A stretch of 32,000 nt of DNA from Bellilinea caldifistulae (GCF_001306055.1 NZ_LGHJ01000010.1:90001-122000), one strand, 5' to 3'; counted from the stretch's first letter, positions 16,988 to 25,585 are shown. Notes: generated by a model from the letters alone, not told the origin. Numbers and translations are program-made.

Positions 16988-19610
16988 GCGGCTGAAGAGC
17001 ATTTTGCAGCAGGGTTTCGCCGATGGTTTGCGCCAGTTGAGGGTTGTTTTCTTCCAATACGATGGCAACCGCCAGGGGTGTCCCGCCCCATTGGGGGAGT
17101 GTTCCGCCGATAAACCATGTGTAGGTGGTCGAGTCGTATTGCTGGGCCGAAACAGCCTGCCAGATAGGAAAATCCTGAGAAGCAAGGCGATTGACTGCAG
17201 CCGAGACGGACTGTTCATTCCCAAAAACTACCACCGGGCTGCCGGAGGGTAAAATGACCCGCCCCTGATGAGGAGTTTCCACCGATACGGCAAGGCGTGG
17301 ACTGGGACGGGAACCGTTGTTGGTCAATGCGGCGGCGGCCTGTGCCATTTGTAAAGGAGTTACTTTGACCGCGCTTTTCCCAATACTTGCCAATCGGCTG
17401 CTGGTCAATTGATCTGCCTGAGAAGGGGGGGCAACATCCAGCCGGATTTCCGGCGCGCTAAAGAAACCCAGAGCGGTGAAAAGTTCACGCATTTGGGCAG
17501 TGCTTATCGAGCGGCTCATTTCTACCAGGGCCGCCGGACAGCCGACTTCAATAGCCGTTTCCAGGCTGAGCGGTGTCCGCGGCGGACGGGCGCATGTCAG
17601 CATCTGATTGTCGTGAATATAAGAAAGGTTGAGCGGCAAGACCGGGAGACTGCCTTTTTCGCTTAAGTAGGCATACAGGAACGGTCCCACAATCGTTGCC
17701 GTGGGATACTGACCCTGCGTAGCGCGGTTGACAAAAGGTGCAGCCGGATTGTTGAGCCATTCAAGGTAGCGGTCATCGAGCTGATTGGGGTCGTAGGAAG
17801 GGTGAGAGGCAATTGTCAGGATCTCGCCGCTGCGGGCGTTTAGTAAAACAACTGCGCCGCGGTGATTTTCCATCAGACCGTCCGCAACCCGCTGTAATTC
17901 CAAATCGAGACTGAGGCGCACGTCCAGTCCGTCGGGTGGCTGGGAGTACATCAGTTCTGCCAGCCAGATGCGCGAAGCGGGGTTGCCCTGCAGTCCGCTC
18001 AGGTAACCATCGAGGGAGGCTTCCAGCCCGGCCTTTCCGAAGCGAGGATTGATGTAGCCAATCGTGTTTCCCAAAGGCGGGTAGAGCAGCACACGGTCAA
18101 GACTACCGCGTTCACCGGTTGTGGTGGCAATCCTCTCGCTGCGCCGGTCGAGCAGATCACCCCGCGGGACAAAGCGTAAATTGACCATCCAGCGGTTGTT
18201 ATCGGGGCGGGCCAGTAAGTTATCCGCACGGACGATACTCCACCAGCCAGCGATGGCGGCAAGTGCGGCAAAACCTGCCAGGAAGAGAGCAGTAACCCAG
18301 GTGTAAGCGCGCGGCTGTTGGATCGGCAACGGCGGCTGGGTGTGCGGCTGGCTGGCCCAAAGCAGCATTCCCACGGCAATGAAACTGGTAACCAGCGATG
18401 AGCCGCCGTAGGAAACGAATGGCAGGGTAACCCCGGTGAGGGGTAGAAGGCGCAGGTTGCCTCCCATAATCAAAATAGCCTGAATGGCGAAGTAAATCCC
18501 GATGCCTGCCGACAAGAAGCGCTGGAAGGTGGTGCGCGCCGCAAGTGAAATACCAATACAGCGGTAGGTCAGAAGGGCAAACAGTGCGATTAATCCCAGA
18601 ATCCCCGCCAAACCAGTTTCTTCGGCGATTGCCGCGGCAATGAAATCGGAGTGAGCGACCGGTACCAGCCCGGGACTGCCAAGCCCGATTCCCGTACCCA
18701 GCAATCGGCCGGCAGCAACCGAGATCAATGATTGCACAACCTGAAAAGAGCGGTTGACCGGGTCTGCCCAGGGGTTCAGCCAGGTTTCGATGCGCAGGCG
18801 GATAACGTCAAAGACCAGCGTTCCGGCAAGTGCGGCTGCCAGCAAGAACAAACCGCTGATGATCAAAATCCTTCTCCGTCCGGAAGCCAGAAAGATCACA
18901 AAAGTATAAATCCCTAAAATCAGGGTTGCAGCACCCAGATCACGCTGAAGGACCAGCATCAGGGCTGCCGAGGCGGTCATGATTAAGGTGGGGGCGAGGA
19001 GTTCGGGCAGCCGAAAGTGAAAAGGAATCCGCTCAGCCAGATAGGCAGCCAGATAAACCACCAGCAGCAGTTTTAATGGCTCGGAAGGCTGGAAATACAA
19101 CCCGCAACATCCCAGCCACAAGCGCGGACCTTCGCCTGCCGGGTATGTACCCAGTAAAAAAGTTAAACCGGTCAGCAGCAGGCCAATTGTCAACCAGAGA
19201 TATTTGTAACGCCGCAGCCAGATGAATACTCGCGGGTAGCGACTGATCAGAATCAGCAAGATGATTCCAACACTCAGCCAGAGGGTTTGGCGATAGCCCA
19301 GAGATTCATCCAACCGGTAAATGGTGACCAATCCCCAACCACTCAACAAGCTGGTGAGGGGCAAAAGATACGGATCGTGTTCTTCAAACTGGCGATTGAG
19401 AAGGCGGTAAGCCAGACTGAACAGCACCAGCCAGCCTGCCCAGCCAATCCAGTGCAGCCAGCGGTACCCTACCTGAAAAGTGTGCAATCTGACGGCGGGG
19501 GAGAGGGTCAGAATCAGGCTGGAGAGAGTTACCGCCAGCGCAGAAATCCCCATCAGCCGGCGCTCCAGTGAATTTTGCAAAGTGGCAGCCGGAGGGAAGA
19601 GAAAGTTCAC
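16977..19610 (-). CDS. Fusion of SEDS (FtsW/RodA) peptidoglycan polymerase with a class-B PBP pedestal + transpeptidase-fold domain (active-site motifs degenerate)
   Basis: Res 20-420 carry SEDS motifs FQPSEPLKL, RDLGAATL, VAHSDFIAAAIAEETGL, LPLTGVTLPFVSYGGSS. An extra TM lies at res ~437-460. Pedestal shows PRGDLLDRRSERIA and GKAGLEASLDGYL. Transpeptidase fold shows GAVVLLNARSGEILTIASHPSYDPN, NRATQGQYP, VTPLQMAQAAAALTNNG, YTWFIGG, PLAVAIVLE. Confidence 0.85.
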   Translation of the reverse strand: MNFLFPPAATLQNSLERRLMGISALAVTLSSLILTLSPAVRLHTFQVGYRWLHWIGWAGWLVLFSLAYRLLNRQFEEHDPYLLPLTSLLSGWGLVTIYRLDESLGYRQTLWLSVGIILLILISRYPRVFIWLRRYKYLWLTIGLLLTGLTFLLGTYPAGEGPRLWLGCCGLYFQPSEPLKLLLVVYLAAYLAERIPFHFRLPELLAPTLIMTASAALMLVLQRDLGAATLILGIYTFVIFLASGRRRILIISGLFLLAAALAGTLVFDVIRLRIETWLNPWADPVNRSFQVVQSLISVAAGRLLGTGIGLGSPGLVPVAHSDFIAAAIAEETGLAGILGLIALFALLTYRCIGISLAARTTFQRFLSAGIGIYFAIQAILIMGGNLRLLPLTGVTLPFVSYGGSSLVTSFIAVGMLLWASQPHTQPPLPIQQPRAYTWVTALFLAGFAALAAIAGWWSIVRADNLLARPDNNRWMVNLRFVPRGDLLDRRSERIATTTGERGSLDRVLLYPPLGNTIGYINPRFGKAGLEASLDGYLSGLQGNPASRIWLAELMYSQPPDGLDVRLSLDLELQRVADGLMENHRGAVVLLNARSGEILTIASHPSYDPNQLDDRYLEWLNNPAAPFVNRATQGQYPTATIVGPFLYAYLSEKGSLPVLPLNLSYIHDNQMLTCARPPRTPLSLETAIEVGCPAALVEMSRSISTAQMRELFTALGFFSAPEIRLDVAPPSQADQLTSSRLASIGKSAVKVTPLQMAQAAAALTNNGSRPSPRLAVSVETPHQGRVILPSGSPVVVFGNEQSVSAAVNRLASQDFPIWQAVSAQQYDSTTYTWFIGGTLPQWGGTPLAVAIVLEENNPQLAQTIGETLLQNALQPLKP

Positions 19611-20497
19611 GGTTTGAGGTATTTATCCACCAGCAAGGCCAGTTTTTGGCGGGTTTCCGGCGGGATGCGAGCGGGATCGGTGATCAGCGCTTTTTCCAGT
19701 GCGCGGCTACATTCGCAATCGGTATTTTCATCCAATCGGGCTGCCAGCGTGCGAATGGCCTGTTGGGCTGCTGCAGTATTTTGGGAGAGAGTGCGGATGA
19801 CCATTTCGACATTGACCGGTTCTTCAGCCAGATGCCAGACATCATAATCCGTAATGTGCGCCAGGCTGGCGTAGCACATTTCCGCTTCGCGTGCCAGAAA
19901 GATCTCCGGACAGGTGGTCATGCCGATGATCGAAATGCCCCACGCCCGGAAGAGATGCGATTCGGCGCGGGTTGAAAACCGCGGGCCTTCAATGGTGATG
20001 AACGTCCCGCCCTGATGAGTTTCAACGCCGGTGCTGAGAGCAGCTTCATACAGCTGACGGGAGAGACTGGCACAATACGGGTCTGCTGTGCTGATGTGAG
20101 CGACCAATCCCTCTCCGAAAAATGAACGTTTACGGTCACGGGTGAAGTCAATCACCTGATCGGGAATAACGAAATTGCCGGGTTTGTAATCGTGGCGCAG
20201 TGATCCGCAGGCGCTGACGCCGACCACAAAACGCACCCCCATCTGTTTCAGGGCGTAGATGTTGGCGCGGTAATTCACTTCTGATGGGAGAATGTGATGG
20301 CCAATCCCGTGGCGGGCGAGAAACGCAACCCGTGTGCCTTCCAGACTGCCAAGCAGGATCGGTGCGCTGGGTTTGCCAAAAGGCGTGGTGACTTCAACCG
20401 ATTGAACATCTTCCAGCCCTTCAAAATGATACAGGCCGGAGCCGCCGATGATTCCCAAAATGGCTTGTTGACTCATGCTAATCTCCCTTTGCTTCAA
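19607..20497 (-). CDS. mtnP: S-methyl-5'-thioadenosine phosphorylase (MTAP)
   Basis: GIIGGSGLY, FLARHG.GH...PSEVNYRANIYALK, GPRFSTRAES..FR.WG..IIGMTTCPE. 4-nt overlaps with both flanking genes. Confidence 0.88.
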   Translation of the reverse strand: MKQREISMSQQAILGIIGGSGLYHFEGLEDVQSVEVTTPFGKPSAPILLGSLEGTRVAFLARHGIGHHILPSEVNYRANIYALKQMGVRFVVGVSACGSLRHDYKPGNFVIPDQVIDFTRDRKRSFFGEGLVAHISTADPYCASLSRQLYEAALSTGVETHQGGTFITIEGPRFSTRAESHLFRAWGISIIGMTTCPEIFLAREAEMCYASLAHITDYDVWHLAEEPVNVEMVIRTLSQNTAAAQQAIRTLAARLDENTDCECSRALEKALITDPARIPPETRQKLALLVDKYLKP

Positions 20498-20931
20498 TTG
20501 GATTTTTTTGGTTCCATTTCAATTCGGAAAGTGAGCTGACCGCAGCGCAGTTCGTCACCGGGAACGAGCACTGCCCGGGCAGTCAAGCGCTCGCCGTTCA
20601 GGTAACTCCCGTTGGTCGAATTCAAATCCTCAACCCACCACTGGTTTTGTTGATAGGTAAAACGGGCATGACGGGCAGAAACTGTTTCATCTGGCACACT
20701 CAGGTGGCAAAGCGGATCGCGTCCCAGAATGACCTCACTGGTCTGAAAACGGGTTACTTCCTCGGCTGGCCCATCAAGCGGGGTGATCAATAAGGCGGGG
20801 ATGCTTTCGTGGGTAAGTTCCTGCGTTCTTCCGCGCAAGTCGCGCCAGATCACGCTGAACGCCCAGTACAAGAAAGCATATAACGCAAGGGTAAAAAGGA
20901 TGCGAAGGATGAGAACCAGAATACCGCTCAT
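20494..20931 (-). CDS. FhaB/FipA-like protein: N-terminal TM helix + C-terminal FHA domain
   Basis: TM helix MSGILVLILRILFTLALYAFLYWAF. FHA pattern VILGRD..C.L.V.D..VSARHARF......W.VEDLNSTNGSYLNGERL. Start set at the ATG at 20931 (after the upstream stop at 20939); the 21003 start on the track would overlap by 65 nt. Confidence 0.78.
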   Translation of the reverse strand: MSGILVLILRILFTLALYAFLYWAFSVIWRDLRGRTQELTHESIPALLITPLDGPAEEVTRFQTSEVILGRDPLCHLSVPDETVSARHARFTYQQNQWWVEDLNSTNGSYLNGERLTARAVLVPGDELRCGQLTFRIEMEPKKSN

Positions 20932-20938
20932 GCTGGCA

Positions 20939-21703
20939 TTATACTGGAGGTTGGGCAGGGGATGTACCGCCAACGGAGGTGGATTCTCCGCCATCTTCGC
21001 CATAAATCAGAGTGAAACCGGCCAAAGAGATGACATCACCCGGGAAAAGAGTGGTCTGGGTGATGCGCTTACCATTGACAAAAGTCCCTCCGGATGAGTT
21101 GAGATCGAAAAGGAGGGTCTGATTTTTCGTGCGGCGAATTTGAGCATGTGTGCGAGAAACCCGCAGGTCTTCGATGACCAGCTGGTTATCACTGCGCCTG
21201 CCGATGTTGATGACCGGTTGATCCAAGGGGAAAAACCGGCTGCCATGCAGAATCAAGTAAGCCCGGCTGGCGAATGTGGAAGGATCGGCTTCGCTTTCGA
21301 CTGGGAGGTGCAAGACAGCCGTGGAACCCGGCAGGGTATCCTGATAGGCAGCGGTGATGCGGGGTTTGCCGGGTGGTTGGCGTGGGTCGCCGACCACCTG
21401 AATCACGGGCGGTGCAGCAAAGGATGCGCCTGCTTCACGCACGGTTTCGAGCAAGGCCTGGTTCAACCAGTTCAGCCAGTCGGGGTTGTTTTGCCATGTG
21501 GCTGCTTCTTGTGGGTGCATGGCAAATACCAGTACATTTGGCAAGGGCTGGTTATCCTGATTTTCTACCAGCAGTTGTTCACGCAAAGCTTCGACGATTT
21601 GAACCGCAAGATTGGGGTGCTCCCTGCGCCAGGTCAATGCCGCAAGCCGGTTTTCGATCAGATCTTTCAGACGGGATTCGATTTCATCAAGGCGTGATTT
21701 CAT
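20939..21703 (-). CDS. FhaA-like protein: N-terminal DUF3662-type domain + C-terminal FHA domain
   Basis: N-terminus MKSRLDEIESRLKDLIENRL... with PNVLVFAMHPQE and PVIQVVGDP blocks. C-terminal FHA INIGRRSDNQLVIEDLRVSRTHAQI......L.DLNSSGGTFVNGKRI. Confidence 0.78.
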   Translation of the reverse strand: MKSRLDEIESRLKDLIENRLAALTWRREHPNLAVQIVEALREQLLVENQDNQPLPNVLVFAMHPQEAATWQNNPDWLNWLNQALLETVREAGASFAAPPVIQVVGDPRQPPGKPRITAAYQDTLPGSTAVLHLPVESEADPSTFASRAYLILHGSRFFPLDQPVINIGRRSDNQLVIEDLRVSRTHAQIRRTKNQTLLFDLNSSGGTFVNGKRITQTTLFPGDVISLAGFTLIYGEDGGESTSVGGTSPAQPPV

Positions 21704-21706
21704 ACT

Positions 21707-21718
21707 TTATAATTATAA
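21707..21718. promoter_or_regulatory. Palindromic double -10 element (TTATAATTATAA) in the 34-bp divergent gap
   Basis: Perfect 12-nt palindrome. TATAAT reads on the + strand at 21708-21713 and on the - strand at 21717-21712. It is the only non-coding DNA between the fhaA-like start (21703) and the archease start (21738). Confidence 0.45.
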
Positions 21719-21737
21719 GACCAGTCGAGGGAAGAAG

Positions 21738-22145
21738 ATGAATAAAGCGGGATTTGAGGAACTTCAACATACTGCAGATTGGGCATTGAGGGTTTGGGCG
21801 CCCGACCGGGCCGAGCTGTTCCGGCAGGCTGCGATGGGGATGAACACCCTGATGGGATTGAAGTTAGAAGGCCAACCCATTCGGCGGGTTGATCTTCAAC
21901 TGACCGCCGAGGACGATGAAAGTTTGCTGGTTGCTTTTTTGAATGAAATCCTGTTCTATCTGGAAATTGACCGAATCGGGTTCGAGGATTTTCCCTTAAA
22001 ATTAAATGGCAACAGGTTGGATGCCGAATTGTGGGGCAAACCAATCCGCAGCATCGAAAAACCGATCAAGGCAGTCACCTTTCACAATCTCGTCGTGCAA
22101 CATAGCGCAGAGGGATTGGAAGCCCGATTGGTGTTTGATGTGTAG
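21738..22145 (+). CDS. Archease (RtcB activator/chaperone)
   Basis: N-terminal [16 protein letters not shown] (H-T-A-D signature) and C-terminal [17 protein letters not shown] lies upstream. Sits immediately upstream of rtcB. Confidence 0.85.
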   Translation: MNKAGFEELQHTADWALRVWAPDRAELFRQAAMGMNTLMGLKLEGQPIRRVDLQLTAEDDESLLVAFLNEILFYLEIDRIGFEDFPLKLNGNRLDAELWGKPIRSIEKPIKAVTFHNLVVQHSAEGLEARLVFDV

Positions 22146-22156
22146 CGAGGTGCGCC

Positions 22157-23608
22157 ATGATTCGAATACAAGACCTGAACAAAATCAGCGATTATGAGTG
22201 GGAGATTCCAAAGTCGTATCGGCAAGATATGCGCGTAGCCGTGCGGTTGTTTGTTACCCGGCGGCTGCTGGAAGCCGCATTGCAAGATTTATCCATTGAA
22301 CAGGCGATTAATGCAGCAACCCTGCCGGGAGTAGTTGAACCGGTGGTGGTCATGCCGGACATGCATCAGGGGTATGGGTTTCCAATTGGGGGAGTTGCGG
22401 CAACCCGTTACCCAAACGGAGTCATTTCACCGGGGGCAATTGGTTATGACATCAACTGCGGCGTGCGTTTGCTGGCTTCGACTATTCCTTTAGAAGCAGC
22501 CGAAGAACGTTTGGATGATCTGGCCAATGCGCTCAATCATTATTGTCCCAGTGGTGTGGGCAGTGAGGGATCCATCCATCTGACCACTGCCGAACTGGAT
22601 GCGGTCTGCCGTCAGGGAGCGCGCTGGGCGTTGAAAAAGGGCATGGCCAGTGAGGAAGACTTACGCCGTACCGAGGAAAACGGCTGCCTGGAAGGGGCTG
22701 ATCCGGCTAAGGTCAGTCAGCGTGCAAAACAGCGCGGCATGGCTCAGCTGGGAACGCTTGGAGCGGGCAATCACTTCATCGAGGTGGATGTGGTTGATCA
22801 AATTTTTGACGGAGAGGCTGCCGCGGCAATGGGTTTGCAGGAAGGTATGTTGGCCCTGATGATTCACTGCGGTTCGCGCGGGTTTGGCCATCAAATCTGT
22901 ACGGATTATGTGCAGGACTTGCAATCGGCCGTGAGGCGGTATGGCATTCAGCTACCCGACCGCGAACTGGTTTGCGCGCCGTTAGATAGCCCGGAGGGTC
23001 AAAATTATCTGGCTGCCATGCGCTCGGCGGCAAATTACGCATTTTGCAACCGTCAGATACTGGCTTACCACGCCCGGCGTGCCTTTGAGGAGGTGTTTGC
23101 CGGAAGCGGTCTGCGCTGGCAGTTACATCAGGTGTACGACATTGCCCACAACATGGGCAAGGTGGAGACTCATGAAGTGAATGGCCGGAAATTGAAAGTT
23201 TGTGTGCATCGCAAAGGGGCTACCCGCGCATTTGGGCCGGGTCACCCGGAACTGCCGGATGCCTACAAACCCATCGGCCAGCCGGTATTGGTACCGGGCA
23301 GCATGGGTACGGCTTCCTGGGTGCTCATTGGAACGGAAGACAGCATGGCGCGTTCGTGGGGCTCAACCTGTCATGGGGCAGGGAGAGTGCTCAGCCGCAA
23401 TAAGGCGAAAAAAGATTTTCGTGGCGAGCGGTTGCGGAATGAATTAGAACAGTCCGGTATTCACGTGCGGGCTGGCTCGATGTCCGGTCTGGCAGAAGAA
23501 GCCCCAATGGCCTACAAGGATGTGGATGAGGTGGTCGAAACCGTCAGCGGGGCAGGGATTGCCCGAAAAGTTGCCCGGCTGCGTCCGGTAATTGTCATCA
23601 AGGGCTAA
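22157..23608 (+). CDS. rtcB: RNA 3'-phosphate/2',3'-cyclic phosphate ligase RtcB
   Basis: [56 protein letters not shown] motifs. At 483 aa there is no intein-sized insertion. Confidence 0.93.
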   Translation: MIRIQDLNKISDYEWEIPKSYRQDMRVAVRLFVTRRLLEAALQDLSIEQAINAATLPGVVEPVVVMPDMHQGYGFPIGGVAATRYPNGVISPGAIGYDINCGVRLLASTIPLEAAEERLDDLANALNHYCPSGVGSEGSIHLTTAELDAVCRQGARWALKKGMASEEDLRRTEENGCLEGADPAKVSQRAKQRGMAQLGTLGAGNHFIEVDVVDQIFDGEAAAAMGLQEGMLALMIHCGSRGFGHQICTDYVQDLQSAVRRYGIQLPDRELVCAPLDSPEGQNYLAAMRSAANYAFCNRQILAYHARRAFEEVFAGSGLRWQLHQVYDIAHNMGKVETHEVNGRKLKVCVHRKGATRAFGPGHPELPDAYKPIGQPVLVPGSMGTASWVLIGTEDSMARSWGSTCHGAGRVLSRNKAKKDFRGERLRNELEQSGIHVRAGSMSGLAEEAPMAYKDVDEVVETVSGAGIARKVARLRPVIVIKG

Positions 23609-24102
23609 TCCTGATCGGTGCCTTCCGAGACGGGTGTGCTGATGGGGGCGGTTCGGGCACGGGTCAATTCAATCAGGGCTTTTACCGGCAGACGGATATT
23701 CAACCCGCGCTGTCCGCCGGAAATGTGAATTTTCTCATGCTGCAGGGCGGCCTCATCCAGGACTACCAGAAAACCACGCTGCAGTAAAGCCAGTGGTGAA
23801 ATGCCACCAGCCTGTAAGCCGGTCAGCTGCTCGGCTTCGCGCTGAGTAGGGAGTTTTAATTTTTTCTCCCCGATGAAGGCTGCCAGTGCCTTTAAGTCAA
23901 CTTGATGGGGGGCGGGAATGACTGCCAGGATAGGCTTGCCGCCTTTTTCTCGGGTGACGACAATCGTTTTGTAAATCCATTGCGGGTCAACGCCTAATAA
24001 TCGGGCGGTCTCCATCCCGCTGATTTTTTGATTGGGTAATTCAAAGGCTTCAAAGGGGATTTTTTTAGCGGTTAGAAGGCGGGTAACGTTGTTTGTGACC
24101 AT
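23605..24102 (-). CDS. ybaK: YbaK/EbsC-type Cys-tRNA(Pro) deacylase
   Basis: [23 protein letters not shown]........AVIP....VDLK, GGISPL, I.ISGGQRG. Start chosen at the ATG at 24102; the 24171 start on the track adds 23 non-homologous residues. Confidence 0.78.
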   Translation of the reverse strand: MVTNNVTRLLTAKKIPFEAFELPNQKISGMETARLLGVDPQWIYKTIVVTREKGGKPILAVIPAPHQVDLKALAAFIGEKKLKLPTQREAEQLTGLQAGGISPLALLQRGFLVVLDEAALQHEKIHISGGQRGLNIRLPVKALIELTRARTAPISTPVSEGTDQD

Positions 24103-25199
24103 TGTGACCCCTTGAATGGGACGGTACGCCAACGTGGCGGGCGCAGGTAAATCGGGTTGCTGAAAATCCATCCGCGCCGCTTACCCAGATAGTTGAGGTA
24201 GCACTCCACCCGGTAAACCCCCGGCTCACGTGTGATATGGGTGCAAACCTCGTGGGTTGTCCAGGTCTTGATGACTTTTCCGTCTTTCAACAAGTTGCAC
24301 TCACTCTTCAGCGGTAATTTGATTTGGAGCGTGATAGCGCTGTCCATCATCAATTCATCACCCATGATCGCCCTGCCATTTTTTCCCTGAGCGGTAAATC
24401 GGAAACCCCGCGTCGAAGCCGGCAGGTCGTATCCTATAAAACAATGCCCTTGTTGAAATGCTTGATAAATCATTTTGCGGTCGGCGGTCAAATCACCGCT
24501 GAGTGGATGGGGTGTGAGGAGGTGAGTGTTGATGGCGCGGAAGTGAAATTCATATGGGTAAATCGTTTTGCGAATTGGCCCAACCCGAATATTCAGCGCG
24601 TGCGCATCCGAGCCGCCAATTGCAACAACCTTTTGGCCCTGTGCCAGCAGATCATCCCAGCGCGCCAATACCTCCGGGTGAGGTCCGTGTGCGAGGTATT
24701 GGGGGAAAAAGCCATAAAAAATAGCATCCGCCCAATTTTTGATATGAGTTTTGAGTTCACTCAACCCATTCCATAGTTCAAGACCGGTATAACCGGTTAC
24801 CTGCCAGTCCTCCCAGGAGATGTCATCCTCGTGGAAGAGTGTTAGCGCCGGGTCGCGGGGGTGAGCGATGAAGGAAAGCCCGCCGTTTTCACGGATGCGG
24901 TCAATCAGGCGCTGGGGGTCGTCTGCGAAACGGGCCATTTCGCGGTTGCAGCCCAGCACCATCAGGTGCGATTTTTGCGGCAGGCGGGCTTGATCGTGAA
25001 CTTCTTCGCCAATCAGCATCAACAGGGTTTTCCCGTTCTTTCGGTGATAGCCTTCAAAGCCATTGACCAGTACGTTGTGATCGGTTACGATGACCACATC
25101 TAAACCCGTTTCGAGGGCAGCCCGGGCAATATCCGCGTGAAGACCGCTGCCATCCGAATAACGCGTGTGCATGTGTAGATTGGTGACCAGTTCGTGCAT
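24072..25199 (-). CDS. PHP-domain metallo-phosphoesterase (CehA/McbA-like)
   Basis: N-terminal NLHMHTRYSDGSG, VVIVTDHN, FIAHP, GGSDAH metal-binding motifs. Confidence 0.8.
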   Translation of the reverse strand: MHELVTNLHMHTRYSDGSGLHADIARAALETGLDVVIVTDHNVLVNGFEGYHRKNGKTLLMLIGEEVHDQARLPQKSHLMVLGCNREMARFADDPQRLIDRIRENGGLSFIAHPRDPALTLFHEDDISWEDWQVTGYTGLELWNGLSELKTHIKNWADAIFYGFFPQYLAHGPHPEVLARWDDLLAQGQKVVAIGGSDAHALNIRVGPIRKTIYPYEFHFRAINTHLLTPHPLSGDLTADRKMIYQAFQQGHCFIGYDLPASTRGFRFTAQGKNGRAIMGDELMMDSAITLQIKLPLKSECNLLKDGKVIKTWTTHEVCTHITREPGVYRVECYLNYLGKRRGWIFSNPIYLRPPRWRTVPFKGSQWSQTTLPAF

Positions 25200-25204
25200 G
25201 ATGG

Positions 25205-25234
25205 TTGACGATTTCCACCCTGAAACGGTATAAT
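25205..25234 (+). promoter_or_regulatory. Putative sigma70-type promoter of secG
   Basis: TTGACG (25205-25210), 18-nt spacer, TATAAT (25229-25234). AAGGAGG (25251-25257) lies 7 nt before the GTG at 25265. Confidence 0.55.
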
Positions 25235-25264
25235 CGGGTCGTTCAAGATTAAGGAGGAACGAGC

Positions 25265-25489
25265 GTGGTAAATTACATTGACATTGCTTTGATTATAATC
25301 TCAATCGCGTTGATTGCGAGCGTGATCTTTCAAAACAAAGGTGTTGGTCTCGGTGGCTTGACCGGTGCAGACAGCAGTCAGGTGTTCACGGCTCGGCGCG
25401 GTTTGGAAAAAACCGTTTTCCTGATCACCATCGGGCTGGCGATTCTGTTTGTCATCCTCACCCTCCTTTCGGTAGCCATTGGTTCCTGA
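25265..25489 (+). CDS. secG: Preprotein translocase subunit SecG
   Basis: 74 aa with two TM helices joined by the Gly-rich loop QNKGVGLGGLTGADSS. Strong Shine-Dalgarno. GTG start. Confidence 0.85.
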   Translation: MVNYIDIALIIISIALIASVIFQNKGVGLGGLTGADSSQVFTARRGLEKTVFLITIGLAILFVILTLLSVAIGS

Positions 25490-25533
25490 ATTAAACAGCA
25501 GGGATTCACGATCAGGATATAGTCCATACAGTT

Positions 25534-25573
25534 AAGGGCGATTGGCACCTTTCTGGGGAGATCGCCCTTTTAG
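25534..25573 (+). terminator. Intrinsic-terminator-like hairpin after secG
   Basis: AAGGGCGAT (25534-25542) pairs with ATCGCCCTT (25561-25569) and is followed by TTAGGTTT. The 18-nt loop is larger than in a typical terminator. Confidence 0.45.
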
Positions 25574-25585
25574 GTTTACCTGAAA

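Noticed and set aside
17376-17387. SxxK tetrads SIGK and SAVK (res 742-749) as a possible relocated transpeptidase nucleophile in the SEDS::PBP fusion
   Set aside because: They align with the non-catalytic IGQG...TPLQ block downstream of the SxN position, not with the N-terminus of the active-site helix. They are therefore unlikely to restore activity.
19568-21697. Plus-strand ORFs (135 aa at 19568-19975, 185 aa at 21140-21697, and 81-104-aa ORFs) across the FHA/MTAP operon
   Set aside because: All are antisense to genes with clear FHA or MTAP motifs. They show no motifs, Shine-Dalgarno sites or sensible spacing of their own.
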